NCBI GenBank assembly: GCA_963741945.1
Contig: CAVUKA010000006.1
Coordinates: forward strand, 224,001-288,000
Origin: an uncultured Gemmatimonadales bacterium
Lineage (GTDB): Bacteria > Gemmatimonadota > Gemmatimonadetes > Longimicrobiales > RSA9
DNA: 64,000 bases
Direction of reading: 5' to 3'
The notes beneath the pieces were generated by a model, which was not told the origin of the DNA, did not search any database, and saw only the letters and a list, made by a program, of their open reading frames with translations. The first letter of the stretch is position 1, and each line of letters starts with the position of its first letter. Below, one piece after another: positions 16,787 through 26,393 of the stretch. The position numbers and the translations under genes are program-made.

Positions 16787-18118
16787 ATGCCCTTCCGAAC
16801 GACCCTCTCGCCAATGCCATGCCGCGCCCGCGAGCGCCGGACGCTCCGGGCGCTCGCCACTGTCGCGCTCGTGGCGGCGGCCCTCGTCGCCCTGCCGGCC
16901 GCGGCCGCGCCCCAGGCGGATCAGGACCGTACGGACAGCCTGCGCGTCTTCCTCCTCACGTTCGGGAAGGGGGAGGCGGTGTGGGAGCGCTTCGGCCACA
17001 ACGCGCTCTGGGTCCACGACCCCGGCGCGGGGACGGACCGGGCGTACCACTACGGCCTGTTCGACATGAGCCGGGCGGGTTTCATGGTGGATTTCCTCCA
17101 GGGGCGGATGTTCTACTCCATGGGGGAGGTCGACGCGCTCCGCCTCATCGACGCCTACCGCCGCATGGGGCGCCCGGCCACGATCCAGTCGCTGAACCTG
17201 TCACGCGAGCAGATCCGGGAGCTCCAGGAGTTCCTCGAATGGAACATGCGTCCCGAGAATCGCGGCTATCGCTACGACTATTTCCGGGACAATTGCTCGA
17301 CGCGCGTGCGGGACGCGCTCGACAGGACGCTGGGCGGTCAGCTCTCCGCGGCGTTGCGGGGGCGGGGCACGAACATGACCTACCGCTCGGAAGCGCTCCG
17401 CCTCACGGCCGATGACCCGCTCCTCACGCTCGGCCTGGACGTCGGGCTCGGGCCGCTGGCCGACCAGCGCCTCGATCGCTGGCAGCTCGCCTTCATTCCC
17501 ATGCGGCTCCGCGACGACGTTCGGACCATCACCGTGCTGCGGGACGGTCGCTCCGTTCCGCTCGTGACGGGCGAGCGCCACCTGGATGCCCGCGGCGTAC
17601 CGGACGGCCAGATCGAGGTGTCCGGAGAAGCGACGGGCGGCCGGCTCGGCTGGATGCTCGCGCTCGGCCTCGCGTGCGCCCTGCTCTTCGCCGCGCTGGG
17701 ATGGGGAGCGACCCGCCCGGGGGCGGACCGCCTCGGCGCCACCATCGCGCGGTGGACCCTCGGCCTCGCCGGCGCCGCGTGGGGCCTGCTCGCCGGAGGC
17801 ATCGGCGTCATCCTTGCCGGGCTCTGGCTGTTCACCGACCACCAGTTCGCTCACGCCAATGAGAATCTATTCCAGGCCAACCCGCTGGCGCTCGGACTGG
17901 CGGTGCTGGTCCCGCTCGCACTGACGGGGCGAGCCATCCGGCCGGCCGCCCGGCTTGCCGCCGCCCTCGCCGCGCTGTCGCTGACCGGCCTGCTCGTCTA
18001 TCCGCTCCCCCTCACCCACCAGGCCACGCTGGGCATCATCCTCCTGGCGCTCCCGATCCACCTGGCCCTCGCCTGGACCCTCGCCCGCCTCCGGCACGTT
18101 AGCAGCGGCACGCGCTGA
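16787..18118 (+). CDS. DUF4105 / Lnb-like lipoprotein N-acyltransferase domain membrane protein
   Basis: WERFGHNAL, YHYGLFD, YRYDYFRDNCSTRVRD (His/Cys pair), AFIPMRL, then about 5 TM helices with TDH..NENL. Exact start uncertain. Confidence 0.82.
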   Translation: MPFRTTLSPMPCRARERRTLRALATVALVAAALVALPAAAAPQADQDRTDSLRVFLLTFGKGEAVWERFGHNALWVHDPGAGTDRAYHYGLFDMSRAGFMVDFLQGRMFYSMGEVDALRLIDAYRRMGRPATIQSLNLSREQIRELQEFLEWNMRPENRGYRYDYFRDNCSTRVRDALDRTLGGQLSAALRGRGTNMTYRSEALRLTADDPLLTLGLDVGLGPLADQRLDRWQLAFIPMRLRDDVRTITVLRDGRSVPLVTGERHLDARGVPDGQIEVSGEATGGRLGWMLALGLACALLFAALGWGATRPGADRLGATIARWTLGLAGAAWGLLAGGIGVILAGLWLFTDHQFAHANENLFQANPLALGLAVLVPLALTGRAIRPAARLAAALAALSLTGLLVYPLPLTHQATLGIILLALPIHLALAWTLARLRHVSSGTR

Positions 18119-18510
18119 CCCGGGCAGCGCCCCGGTCATGGCCCATCGCGGCACATACCCTGTGCCGGGGCGTGACGCCCGGCGCACCTCCCGGACGCCC
18201 CGCTTTCCACGGAAATCCGCGTCCTTGCGGCCCCTCCGTGAGCCGGGGGCGAACGGCTCGGATGGTGCATTTCTCGGCCGGCACGCGCGACTAGGGAAGC
18301 GGCTCGCCCGCTCAGCCCCCGAAACCCGCGCCTTGTGGATGCGACTCGATGACGTGCATCGTCAGAGTGCGGCATCCCAGTGGTTGGCCATCTGGAGGCA
18401 GGCAACAGGCAATGGGTCGCACACGTTCATCGGGCACGCGAATCGGCGTCCCGCTCCGCCGCCGGATACGGTGGAGGGCGGGCGACAGCCGCATCGTGGG
18501 CCGACGGTCG

Positions 18511-19200
18511 ATGCGACGGTTCGTGTACGGCGTCCTGGCGTCCCTCGCCGCACTCTCCACGGTCACCCCGCCCGCCACTGCCCAGGCGACGGCGGATCAG
18601 AGCCGGCGCATCGTCGTTTCTCTCGGCCAGAAGGAGCTCTGGCTCCTGGAAGGTCAGGACACGCTCCTCGCGGCCCCCGTGGCCGTGGGGCGGGACGAGT
18701 CCTTCCGCTACGGCGGGAAGTCGGTGGAGTGGAGAACCCCCCGGGGCACCCGCTCCGTGCTGGCCAAGCGAAGCGACCCGGTATGGACCGTCCCCGACTG
18801 GCATTACTACGAGCGGGCGGAGGAGGAGGGGCTCCGGGTGATACGCGTGGACCGGGGGCAGCGCTATCCGCTGCCGGACGGCACGCGGCTGGAGGTGCGG
18901 GGAAACAACGTGGTCCGCGTCAGCGGGGATCGTTTCTGGAAAGTGCCGCAGGGCAGCGAGATCATCGTGGATGGCGTGCTCTACATGCCCCCGCCCGGAA
19001 CGGTGCAGCGCCGCGTTCCCGGGGCCCTCGGGACCCGGGCCCTGGACCTGGGCGACGGCTACCTGATCCACGGCATCACGCCATACAACCGTTCGTCCAT
19101 TGGCGCCAGCGTGAGCCACGGCTGCATACGGATGCGGAATACCGACATTGAGCGTTTGTTCGACCTCGTCTACGCAGGGACGCCGGTGCTCATTGAGTGA
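18511..19200 (+). CDS. L,D-transpeptidase (YkuD family)
   Basis: Signal peptide; IVVSL, PVAVG, TPRG, DPVWTVP, GALG, LIHG..SIG..VSHGCIRM catalytic motif. Confidence 0.92.
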   Translation: MRRFVYGVLASLAALSTVTPPATAQATADQSRRIVVSLGQKELWLLEGQDTLLAAPVAVGRDESFRYGGKSVEWRTPRGTRSVLAKRSDPVWTVPDWHYYERAEEEGLRVIRVDRGQRYPLPDGTRLEVRGNNVVRVSGDRFWKVPQGSEIIVDGVLYMPPPGTVQRRVPGALGTRALDLGDGYLIHGITPYNRSSIGASVSHGCIRMRNTDIERLFDLVYAGTPVLIE

Positions 19201-19236
19201 CATGGCACCCGTCCCGTGGAGTGAAGGCAGAGCGAG

Positions 19237-19797
19237 ATGACCAGGAAGAAGAAGTGGGGGATCGCGATCCTTCTGTCTCTGATCGCGCTGCTGGTCGCCG
19301 CCGTGGCGTTCATGGCGGGGGCTCGTGCGGGCGGGCCGCAGCTCGTGGATCAGCTCGCCATGGCAGAGGCGCCGAAGGAGGCGGCGGACACCGCTGAGCC
19401 GATCGCGTCGAAGCCGGTCTACACACCGCCACCGCTCCAGCCGGCGGTGGGCTGGCCGTTCGAGCCGCTTCCGCGGATCGCGAAATTCACGCGCACCCTG
19501 CCGGAGGTCGAGCTGGCGAACACCTTCTCGGACTATCTGCACTCCCCCGAGATCCGGAGCCTGCCGGTCGCGGCTTCCGCCGCCCCGGTCAGCCGCTCCC
19601 CGTCCGTCGCCTGGGTGCTGCCGCCACTCGCGGCCGCCGGTGGGCTCGCCCTGGGATCCAGGGAGTCCAGCTGGGGAGGAAGCTCCGTCGTGCCCGAGCC
19701 CGGGACCATTCTCCTCCTGGCCACTGGACTCCTGATCCTGGGCCTCATCGTCGTCCGACGCAGGCGGAAGGCGGGCAGCGCGACGACGGAATCGTGA
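19237..19797 (+). CDS. PEP-CTERM sorting-domain protein
   Basis: C-terminal VPEPGTILLLATGLLILGLIVVRRRRK; N-terminal basic + hydrophobic segment. Confidence 0.85.
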   Translation: MTRKKKWGIAILLSLIALLVAAVAFMAGARAGGPQLVDQLAMAEAPKEAADTAEPIASKPVYTPPPLQPAVGWPFEPLPRIAKFTRTLPEVELANTFSDYLHSPEIRSLPVAASAAPVSRSPSVAWVLPPLAAAGGLALGSRESSWGGSSVVPEPGTILLLATGLLILGLIVVRRRRKAGSATTES

Positions 19798-19843
19798 TGC
19801 TCCCCGGGAGCGGGCTTCCCGGCCCGCTTCCGTCCCCTGCGTC

Positions 19844-20473
19844 CTAGTTCGACCGGGTCGTGGCGGAAGCGGGCTCCTTCCCCAATCCAAGCACGTACGT
19901 CAGCCCCAGGTCCACCGTGAGCTCCGAAACGCTCGTGCTCGATTCCCGGCCGTTCGCTTCCACCTTGAACGAGTAGTGCCGGTATCGCGCTGTCGGCCGG
20001 AGGAACAGCCCCCGGGCCGGTAGCGCGATCTCCACACCGGCTCCCCCTTCCAGGGTCGAGATCCCGTCGGTGTCCACGTGCGCCAGGTCGCCGCCCGCGA
20101 GCAGGGGATCGAGATTGTGCCAGCCGATGCCGAGCCTGAGCCACGGCTGCAGACGCGATGAGTCGCGGACCGGGACCCACAGCTGCCCGCCCACGCCCAC
20201 CCCCGAGTCGACCCAGTTCCCGTCCCCGGGATTCGCCGCTCCATCCGCCACACCGAACGACGCCCGCTCATACGAACCGTAGACGCCCAGCAAACGGGTG
20301 ATCCGCACGCTCACGGACGCGTCGACGCTCCACCCCACCTTCGCGCCATCGTCCGCGAACGCGCCCAGCGGGACCGCGACGCCTCCCCCTCCACTCAGGA
20401 TGAGCGCGGGAACCTCCTGGGCTCCGGCCGACGTGGCCAGCAGCAGTAGTGGCAATACCAGTGCACGGCGCAT
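19844..20473 (-). CDS. Outer-membrane beta-barrel protein (small, 8-strand type)
   Basis: Signal peptide MRRALVLPLLLLATSAGA-Q; alternating amphipathic strands; LQPWLRLGIG; terminal DLGLTY. Confidence 0.75.
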   Translation of the reverse strand: MRRALVLPLLLLATSAGAQEVPALILSGGGGVAVPLGAFADDGAKVGWSVDASVSVRITRLLGVYGSYERASFGVADGAANPGDGNWVDSGVGVGGQLWVPVRDSSRLQPWLRLGIGWHNLDPLLAGGDLAHVDTDGISTLEGGAGVEIALPARGLFLRPTARYRHYSFKVEANGRESSTSVSELTVDLGLTYVLGLGKEPASATTRSN

Positions 20474-20552
20474 GGCTCTCTCCATCCGGTTGCGTGAGCG
20501 GCTCGGTGCCGATTGTGGGCAGGCGCCCGTGATCAGGCCGGCCCGGAAACGG

Positions 20553-23500
20553 TCACCTCTGCGAATCGAGTCGCTCGAGGAGTGTCCGGACCGCCGCCTC
20601 CAGCTGCTGATCCTGCCCGCGGCTGACCACGTCATAGTCGTTCCAGACAGGCACGTCCACCTCGGTCTGCCAATTCTCGAGATAGCGGCCGGAGACCGCG
20701 TCCTTGACGCCCATCCCGGGCACACCCCAGACCACCCCGTTCTGGAGCATCTCCCAACCGGCGAACGTACACGTGCCGGGCACGGGCTGGCCTACCAGCG
20801 GCCCGATTTCCAGGTGGCGATACGCCCACGCGTAACAGTCGCCGTCGCTGTACGCGGCCTCGTTCACGATCGACACGCTCGGCTTCGTCCAGCGGAAGTT
20901 CGGCTCGAAACCGACGCTGCGGGTGTCGGTGGTGTAATCGAAGAACCGCTTCCCGCTCAGGAACATGGCCAGGTCCGCCACCAGGTCCCCGCCCCCATTC
21001 CAGCGCTCGTCCACGACCAGTCCGTCACGGTTCGGATACTTCCCCATGACCGTTTCGAAGGTGGACCGGTAGGCCCCGTCGTTCATGCCGGGGACGTGGA
21101 CGTACCCCAGCCGGCCATGACTGAGGCTGTCCACTTCCGCCTCGTTGCGCTCGACCCAGCGCAGGTATGCGAGCCGTCCTTCCTCGCGTGGCGTGATCGG
21201 CTTGACCACGACATCGCGCGTGCTCCGCGCCCCGGGGTCCCGCACCGACAGCAGAACGTTCCTGCCCGCCTTCCGGTTTAGCAGTGCGGCGAAATCCACG
21301 TCCGCGCCGATGGCGACGCCGTCAATGGCCGTGATGACGGACCCGGACTTCACGTCCATCCCCGGCCGGTCCAGCGGACCGCGCTTCATGACCTCCACGA
21401 CCTCCACGCCCGGTTCGGTGCGGCCGTAGTCGAAGAAGATCCCCAGCGACGCCGTCTCGTCCCCGTTCTCACCGCGGCTCGAGTAGCGCGCCCCGCTGTG
21501 GCTCACGTTCAACTCGCCCAGCATCTCGCTGAGCAGCTCCATGAAGTCGTATTCGTCGCCCACTCCGCTCAGGTACTTCCCGTACTGGGGACCGAGCGCC
21601 AGCCAGTCCACACCATGGTAGCCCTCGGTGTAGAACGTGTCCCGCGTCCTCCGCCACACGCGGTCGAAGAGCGCAGCCCGCTCCGCGTCCACATCCACCC
21701 GCATCTCCCCGCGCACCTTGATGTTCTCCCGCTTCCCACTGGACGGGTCCACGAGCGACATGCCGCCGTCCGACACCAGGAAGATCTTCTTCTGCGCGCT
21801 GTCCCATGCCATGCTGGCGCTGCCGACGTCCAGCGCCAGCACCATCTTCGTCTCCTTCGTGCGCAGCTGCGTCGACCACAGGTTCATGCCCTTCTCGAAC
21901 CGCGCCAGGTAGTACAGCGTCTCCCCGGCCTCGTCCATCAGCGCTCCGCCCATCCGCGAGGAATGGATCGTCAGACGCCCCTTGCGGTCCTGCGCTCCGT
22001 CCAGCTCCAGCACCACGGACTCGGGCAGGGACGGCTTCCGCTCCGCTCCCTTCTCACTCTCCTTTCCGGCCGCCTTCTTCGCCGCCGCCTCCGAGTCCTT
22101 CAGCAGCCGGTAATCCTCTTCGCTCAGGTTGAACCGGTCCCAGCCATCGCGGGTGAAGAACATGGCGTACGCATCCGTCTGGTCACCGCCGGACATGGCC
22201 ATGGACCGCATCCCGTCCCGGTTGCTCTGCCAGAGCATGGCTTTGCCACCCAGGATCCAGCTGGGCGCGAAATCGTTGAAGCCGCTCTCTGTCAGGTTGA
22301 TGGCCGGCTCGCCACCCGCCGCCCGCACCAGGCCCGCCTCGCCGGGCGCCAGCCCGGGGACCGCGTAGTCGAACAGGATCCACTGACCGTCCGGGCTCCA
22401 CTCGAAGTGCTGGCGCGGGCCCGTCCCGAACAGCTCCCGCTCCGTCAGCAGCGTTCGCGTCTCGCCGCTCGCCACATCCCGCACACGCAGGGTGTTGAAG
22501 TCCTCGATGTAGGCGATCTGCTTGCCATCGGGCGAGTACGACGGCTGGAAGTTCTGGTGCTCGTTCACGATCACCGGCTCCTCCGCCAGCACCGTCGAGG
22601 CGAAGAGGTACGGCTCCGCCTCCCGCGTCCGCTTCGCCCGGTACACCCCCCACTTCCCGGCTCGCTCGGACGCGTACAGCAGTGTGCGGCTGTCCGGCGA
22701 GAAGACGACGCCGGTCTCGGCTTCCGGCGTCACCGTCACCTGTTTCGTCGTCGCCCCGTCCACCGACGTGACGAACACATCCCCGCGGTAGACGAAGGCC
22801 ACTTCCTTCCCGTTCGGCGCCAGCACCGCTTCCCGCGCGCCGTTGCTGAACGTTTCGACCCGGGTCCCGTTCGTCGCCTTGTCCGTCGCCACCGTCACGT
22901 GCACGGGGCGCGGCTCGCCTCCCGGCGCCATCGTGTAGATCCGCCCCGCATGCGCGAACGCCAGCGTGCCGTCCCCGGAGCGCGTCAGGAACCGCACCGG
23001 CCCGCCCGCTGCGAAATGCGTCACCTGCCTGGACTCGCCCCCGGACAGCGGCATCCTGTGGACGTTGAACGTCCCGCTCTCCTCGCTCAGGTAGTAGACC
23101 GTCGAATCGCCGTCCGCGAAAACGGGGTTCCGGTCCTCGCCCGCGAACGTCGTGAGCTTGCGGTGCGTGTTCGCAGCCGCGTCGTAGACCCAGAGGTCCC
23201 GGGCCACCGACGACGTGTGGTGCTTCCGCCAGGGATTCTCCTGACCCTTCCGATCTTCGTACAGCATCAGCCGGCCGTCCGCGCTCGGCGCCACCGCTTC
23301 CGCCGGCGTGGTCAGGAGCTGGCGAGGCCGGCCACCGTTCACGGAAACACGGTAGAGCTCCGGCTGCGCCCCCGTCGGGAACAACCGACTCGCGGCCCGG
23401 TCCAGCCTCGTCGCCCCGTAGAGCACCGCCGCGCCATCCGGCGTGAACGCGTACGGGTACTCGTCGGCGCTGTGCACCGTCAGCCGCCGCGCTTCGCCGC

Positions 23501-23792
23501 CCTCCGCCGGGACCACGTACACGTCGAAGTTGCCGAACCGATCGCTGGCGAATGCGATCCGCCGACCATCACGGCTCCACACCGGCATGAAATCGTGCGC
23601 CGTGTGCGTGGTCAGCTGCGTCGCCGCGCCGCCCGCACTCGGCACGCGATACAGGTCCCCCCTGTACGCGAACACCAGCGTGGCACCATCCGGCGAAAGG
23701 GCCGGGTAGCGCAGCCACACGGCTTCCTCCTGGGCGGCAACAGGAGCGGCGAAAAGGCAGAGCGCGGCCAGGAGCAGCCAGATCCGGGTCAT
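20553..23792 (-). CDS. Tricorn-like S41 family peptidase with PD40 propeller and PDZ domain
   Basis: LRYPALSPDG and WSRDG repeats; GELNVSH; PDZ-like (GPLD, AIDG); GYVHV, DERWNGGG, AYSDGD catalytic Ser. Confidence 0.93.
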   Translation of the reverse strand: MTRIWLLLAALCLFAAPVAAQEEAVWLRYPALSPDGATLVFAYRGDLYRVPSAGGAATQLTTHTAHDFMPVWSRDGRRIAFASDRFGNFDVYVVPAEGGEARRLTVHSADEYPYAFTPDGAAVLYGATRLDRAASRLFPTGAQPELYRVSVNGGRPRQLLTTPAEAVAPSADGRLMLYEDRKGQENPWRKHHTSSVARDLWVYDAAANTHRKLTTFAGEDRNPVFADGDSTVYYLSEESGTFNVHRMPLSGGESRQVTHFAAGGPVRFLTRSGDGTLAFAHAGRIYTMAPGGEPRPVHVTVATDKATNGTRVETFSNGAREAVLAPNGKEVAFVYRGDVFVTSVDGATTKQVTVTPEAETGVVFSPDSRTLLYASERAGKWGVYRAKRTREAEPYLFASTVLAEEPVIVNEHQNFQPSYSPDGKQIAYIEDFNTLRVRDVASGETRTLLTERELFGTGPRQHFEWSPDGQWILFDYAVPGLAPGEAGLVRAAGGEPAINLTESGFNDFAPSWILGGKAMLWQSNRDGMRSMAMSGGDQTDAYAMFFTRDGWDRFNLSEEDYRLLKDSEAAAKKAAGKESEKGAERKPSLPESVVLELDGAQDRKGRLTIHSSRMGGALMDEAGETLYYLARFEKGMNLWSTQLRTKETKMVLALDVGSASMAWDSAQKKIFLVSDGGMSLVDPSSGKRENIKVRGEMRVDVDAERAALFDRVWRRTRDTFYTEGYHGVDWLALGPQYGKYLSGVGDEYDFMELLSEMLGELNVSHSGARYSSRGENGDETASLGIFFDYGRTEPGVEVVEVMKRGPLDRPGMDVKSGSVITAIDGVAIGADVDFAALLNRKAGRNVLLSVRDPGARSTRDVVVKPITPREEGRLAYLRWVERNEAEVDSLSHGRLGYVHVPGMNDGAYRSTFETVMGKYPNRDGLVVDERWNGGGDLVADLAMFLSGKRFFDYTTDTRSVGFEPNFRWTKPSVSIVNEAAYSDGDCYAWAYRHLEIGPLVGQPVPGTCTFAGWEMLQNGVVWGVPGMGVKDAVSGRYLENWQTEVDVPVWNDYDVVSRGQDQQLEAAVRTLLERLDSQR

Positions 23793-23987
23793 GAATCGCG
23801 TCCAGTTTCAGGGTTCCAGGGTGGGGCAACCGGCAATATGCGGAGCCGGACCGTCGCCGTCCACCAGCAGGGCGACGTCGGAAAGCTCCGGCCACGGGCA
23901 CGCGCGCGTCGGCCCCGCGCGGGCCATGCCGGACACCGCCGGCCTCCGCTTGCGCATCGGCGCGGGCCATGGCACATTCGTCGTTGA

Positions 23988-24004
23988 TTGAGAATGAATC
24001 TCAA
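23988..24004 (+). promoter_or_regulatory. Fur-box-like inverted repeat upstream of feoAB
   Basis: TTGAGA-ATGAA-TCTCAA, AT-rich palindrome in GC-rich DNA directly upstream of ferrous iron uptake genes. Confidence 0.7.
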
Positions 24005-24054
24005 CTGCGCACGGAACCGATGCGCGGACCGCAGGCGGAGAGAGGCAGGGATGA

Positions 24055-24384
24055 GACGACGGCAGCGCACGAGGAGCGCGCGGAAGCGGCGGCGGGCCGG
24101 AGGGGCTGCGCCTGTCGCAGGTCCCGCTGGGCGAGGAGGTCGAGCTGGACTCCATCGAGCTGCCGCCCGCGGAGCTGGAAGCGCTTCTGGAGCGAGGGCT
24201 CCTCCCCGGCTGCCGGATCTGCACGGTTCGTCGTTCACCGTTCGGTGATCCCATCGTGCGAGTGGACGGGACGGTGCTCGCGCTGCGCCGGGAAGTGGCG
24301 AGGTGCCTGTGCGTCCGTCGCCCGCCGTCGCCGGGCGGAGGCGGTGACGGGGGCGGGTGGCGGGGGCGAGGGCGAGGGCGGTGA
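24055..24384 (+). CDS. feoA: Ferrous iron transport protein A (start unresolved: CTG 24106 or 1-nt frameshift)
   Basis: Absent from ORF track. Manual translation LRLSQVPLGEEVELDSIELPPAELEALLERGLLPGCRICTVRRSPFGDPIVRVDGTVLALRREVA; stop 24382-24384 overlaps feoB GTG. Confidence 0.85.
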   Translation, partial: DDGSARGARGSGGGPEGLRLSQVPLGEEVELDSIELPPAELEALLERGLLPGCRICTVRRSPFGDPIVRVDGTVLALRREVARCLCVRRPPSPGGGGDGGGWRGRGRGR

Positions 24385-26375
24385 GCCCGGGAAGCGCCGG
24401 GGCGACGTGTCACGATCGGGGTGGCGCGGCCGTGGCAACGGCGAATGGGGCGGGACCGGACGGCCGCACGGGTGGAGCTCCACCGCTCGTCGCCCTGGTG
24501 GGGCCACCGAACGCGGGGAAGACCACGCTCTACAACCAGCTGACGGGTCTTCGCCAGAAAGTGGCGAACTACCCGGGCGTGACGGTGGAGAAGCACGTCG
24601 GTCGCGTGCGCCTGGAAGGCGAGCGCGAAGTGCGGCTGGTGGATCTGCCGGGCGTGAACGGGTTCACGGGCCGGACACTGGACGAACGGGTGACGCGGGA
24701 CGTGCTGGCGGGGCGCGTCGAGGGGCTTCCCCGCCCGGACGCGATCCTGGCCATCGTGGACGCCACGCGGCTCGAGACGCAGCTCATGCTCATCGAGCCG
24801 ATCCTGGAGATGGGCCGCCCCACCCTGCTGCTCCTGAACATGGTGGATGAGCTGGAGGCTCGGGGCGGCCGGATCCAGGATGGGGCGCTGGCCGAGCGCT
24901 TCGGCGTCCGCGTGGCCCGGACCAACGCACGCGCGGGCCACGGACTGGAGCGCGTCCGTGAGTTCCTCTCCGCCGTCGCCGCGGGCGAGCTGGACGGCGG
25001 GACGCCTGCGTGGAACGGCCGGTCCCCCGCGGCGCCCGGCGAAGAGACCGCCGTGGCGGGCTTCGGGGCGCGCAGGAACCTCCCGGTGCTCGACGCGTTC
25101 GCAGAGCGCCGCGCCCGGGTGCGCTCGGCGGTGGAAGCGGCGGACCATCGGCCGCCCGAGCCCTCCGCGCTCAGCGAGCGTCTCGACGCCATCCTCCTGC
25201 ATCGCGTGTGGGGGCCGCTCGTGTTCCTGGCCGTCGTGCTCGTGGTCTTCCAGGCCATCTTCACATGGGCCGCGCCGCTCATCGACGGCCTGGAGTGGAT
25301 CGTGGCCACGTCCGGCGAGTGGCTGGCGCCGCACCTCCCGTCGGGCTGGGTGCGGTCGCTCATCATCGACGGCGTGTGGTCCGGCGTGGGCTCCGTCGTC
25401 GTATTCCTTCCCCAGATCCTCCTGCTCTTCCTGTTCCTGGCAGTCCTGGAAGACTCCGGCTACATAGCCCGCGCGGCGGTGATCGCGGACCGCCTCATGT
25501 ACCGGGTGGGATTGCAGGGTCGAGCCTTCCTGCCGCTCATCAGCGGATACGCCTGCGCCGTCCCGGCGATCCTCTCGGCCCGCACGGTGGAAAACGAACG
25601 GGACCGCCTGGCCACGATCTTCGTCACGCCGTTCATGACCTGCTCGGCCCGACTCCCCGTGTACGCGCTTCTGATCGCGGCGTTCATCCCGGCGAAGCCG
25701 CTGCTGGGCCCCGTCTTGGGCTCACGCACCGCCGTGCTCCTGGGACTCTATGGACTGGGACTCATCGCGGCCATCGGGACTGCGTTCCTCCTCAAGCGGA
25801 CGCTGCTGAGAGGTGGGGAGACGGGCTTCATGATGGAGCTGCCGCCGTACCGGCTGCCATCCCCGAAGTCGGTGGGCCTGCGGCTGCTGGACCGGAGTCG
25901 CATCTTCTTCAGTCGCGCCGGGAAGATCATCTTCACGGTCACCATCGCGCTCTGGCTGCTCACCCAGGTGCCGCGGACGCCGCAGGGCCCACCTCCCATC
26001 GGCGACAGCGTGCTCGGCCGCGTCGGCCACGTGATCGAGCCCGTCATCGAACCGCTCGGGTTCGACTGGACGGTGGGCGTCGGGCTGGTGTCGTCACTGG
26101 CCGCGCGGGAGGTGATCGTGGGGACGCTCGGCACCATCTACGGCGTCGAGGACGCGTCCGAGTCCTCCATCTCGCTGCAGTCCAATCTCCGCCAGCACCT
26201 GGACACGGGGGCGGCCGTGGCGCTGCTCGTCTTCTTCGCCTTCGCGTTGCAGTGCACGTCCACCATCGCCGTGATGCGCCGCGAGACCGGCGGGTGGAAG
26301 TGGCCGGCCATCCAGTTCGGCTACATGCTCGCGATGGCCTTCTCAGGGGCGTGGCTCGCGAACTGGCTCCTGTAA
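24381..26375 (+). CDS. feoB: Ferrous iron transport protein B
   Basis: G1 GPPNAGKT, G2 NYPGVTV, G3 DLPG, G4 NMVD; LEDSGY, GYACAVP, PFMTCSARLP, MELPPY, AAREV. Confidence 0.96.
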   Translation: MSPGSAGATCHDRGGAAVATANGAGPDGRTGGAPPLVALVGPPNAGKTTLYNQLTGLRQKVANYPGVTVEKHVGRVRLEGEREVRLVDLPGVNGFTGRTLDERVTRDVLAGRVEGLPRPDAILAIVDATRLETQLMLIEPILEMGRPTLLLLNMVDELEARGGRIQDGALAERFGVRVARTNARAGHGLERVREFLSAVAAGELDGGTPAWNGRSPAAPGEETAVAGFGARRNLPVLDAFAERRARVRSAVEAADHRPPEPSALSERLDAILLHRVWGPLVFLAVVLVVFQAIFTWAAPLIDGLEWIVATSGEWLAPHLPSGWVRSLIIDGVWSGVGSVVVFLPQILLLFLFLAVLEDSGYIARAAVIADRLMYRVGLQGRAFLPLISGYACAVPAILSARTVENERDRLATIFVTPFMTCSARLPVYALLIAAFIPAKPLLGPVLGSRTAVLLGLYGLGLIAAIGTAFLLKRTLLRGGETGFMMELPPYRLPSPKSVGLRLLDRSRIFFSRAGKIIFTVTIALWLLTQVPRTPQGPPPIGDSVLGRVGHVIEPVIEPLGFDWTVGVGLVSSLAAREVIVGTLGTIYGVEDASESSISLQSNLRQHLDTGAAVALLVFFAFALQCTSTIAVMRRETGGWKWPAIQFGYMLAMAFSGAWLANWLL

Positions 26376-26393
26376 CAGTCCGGCCTCCGCAAC

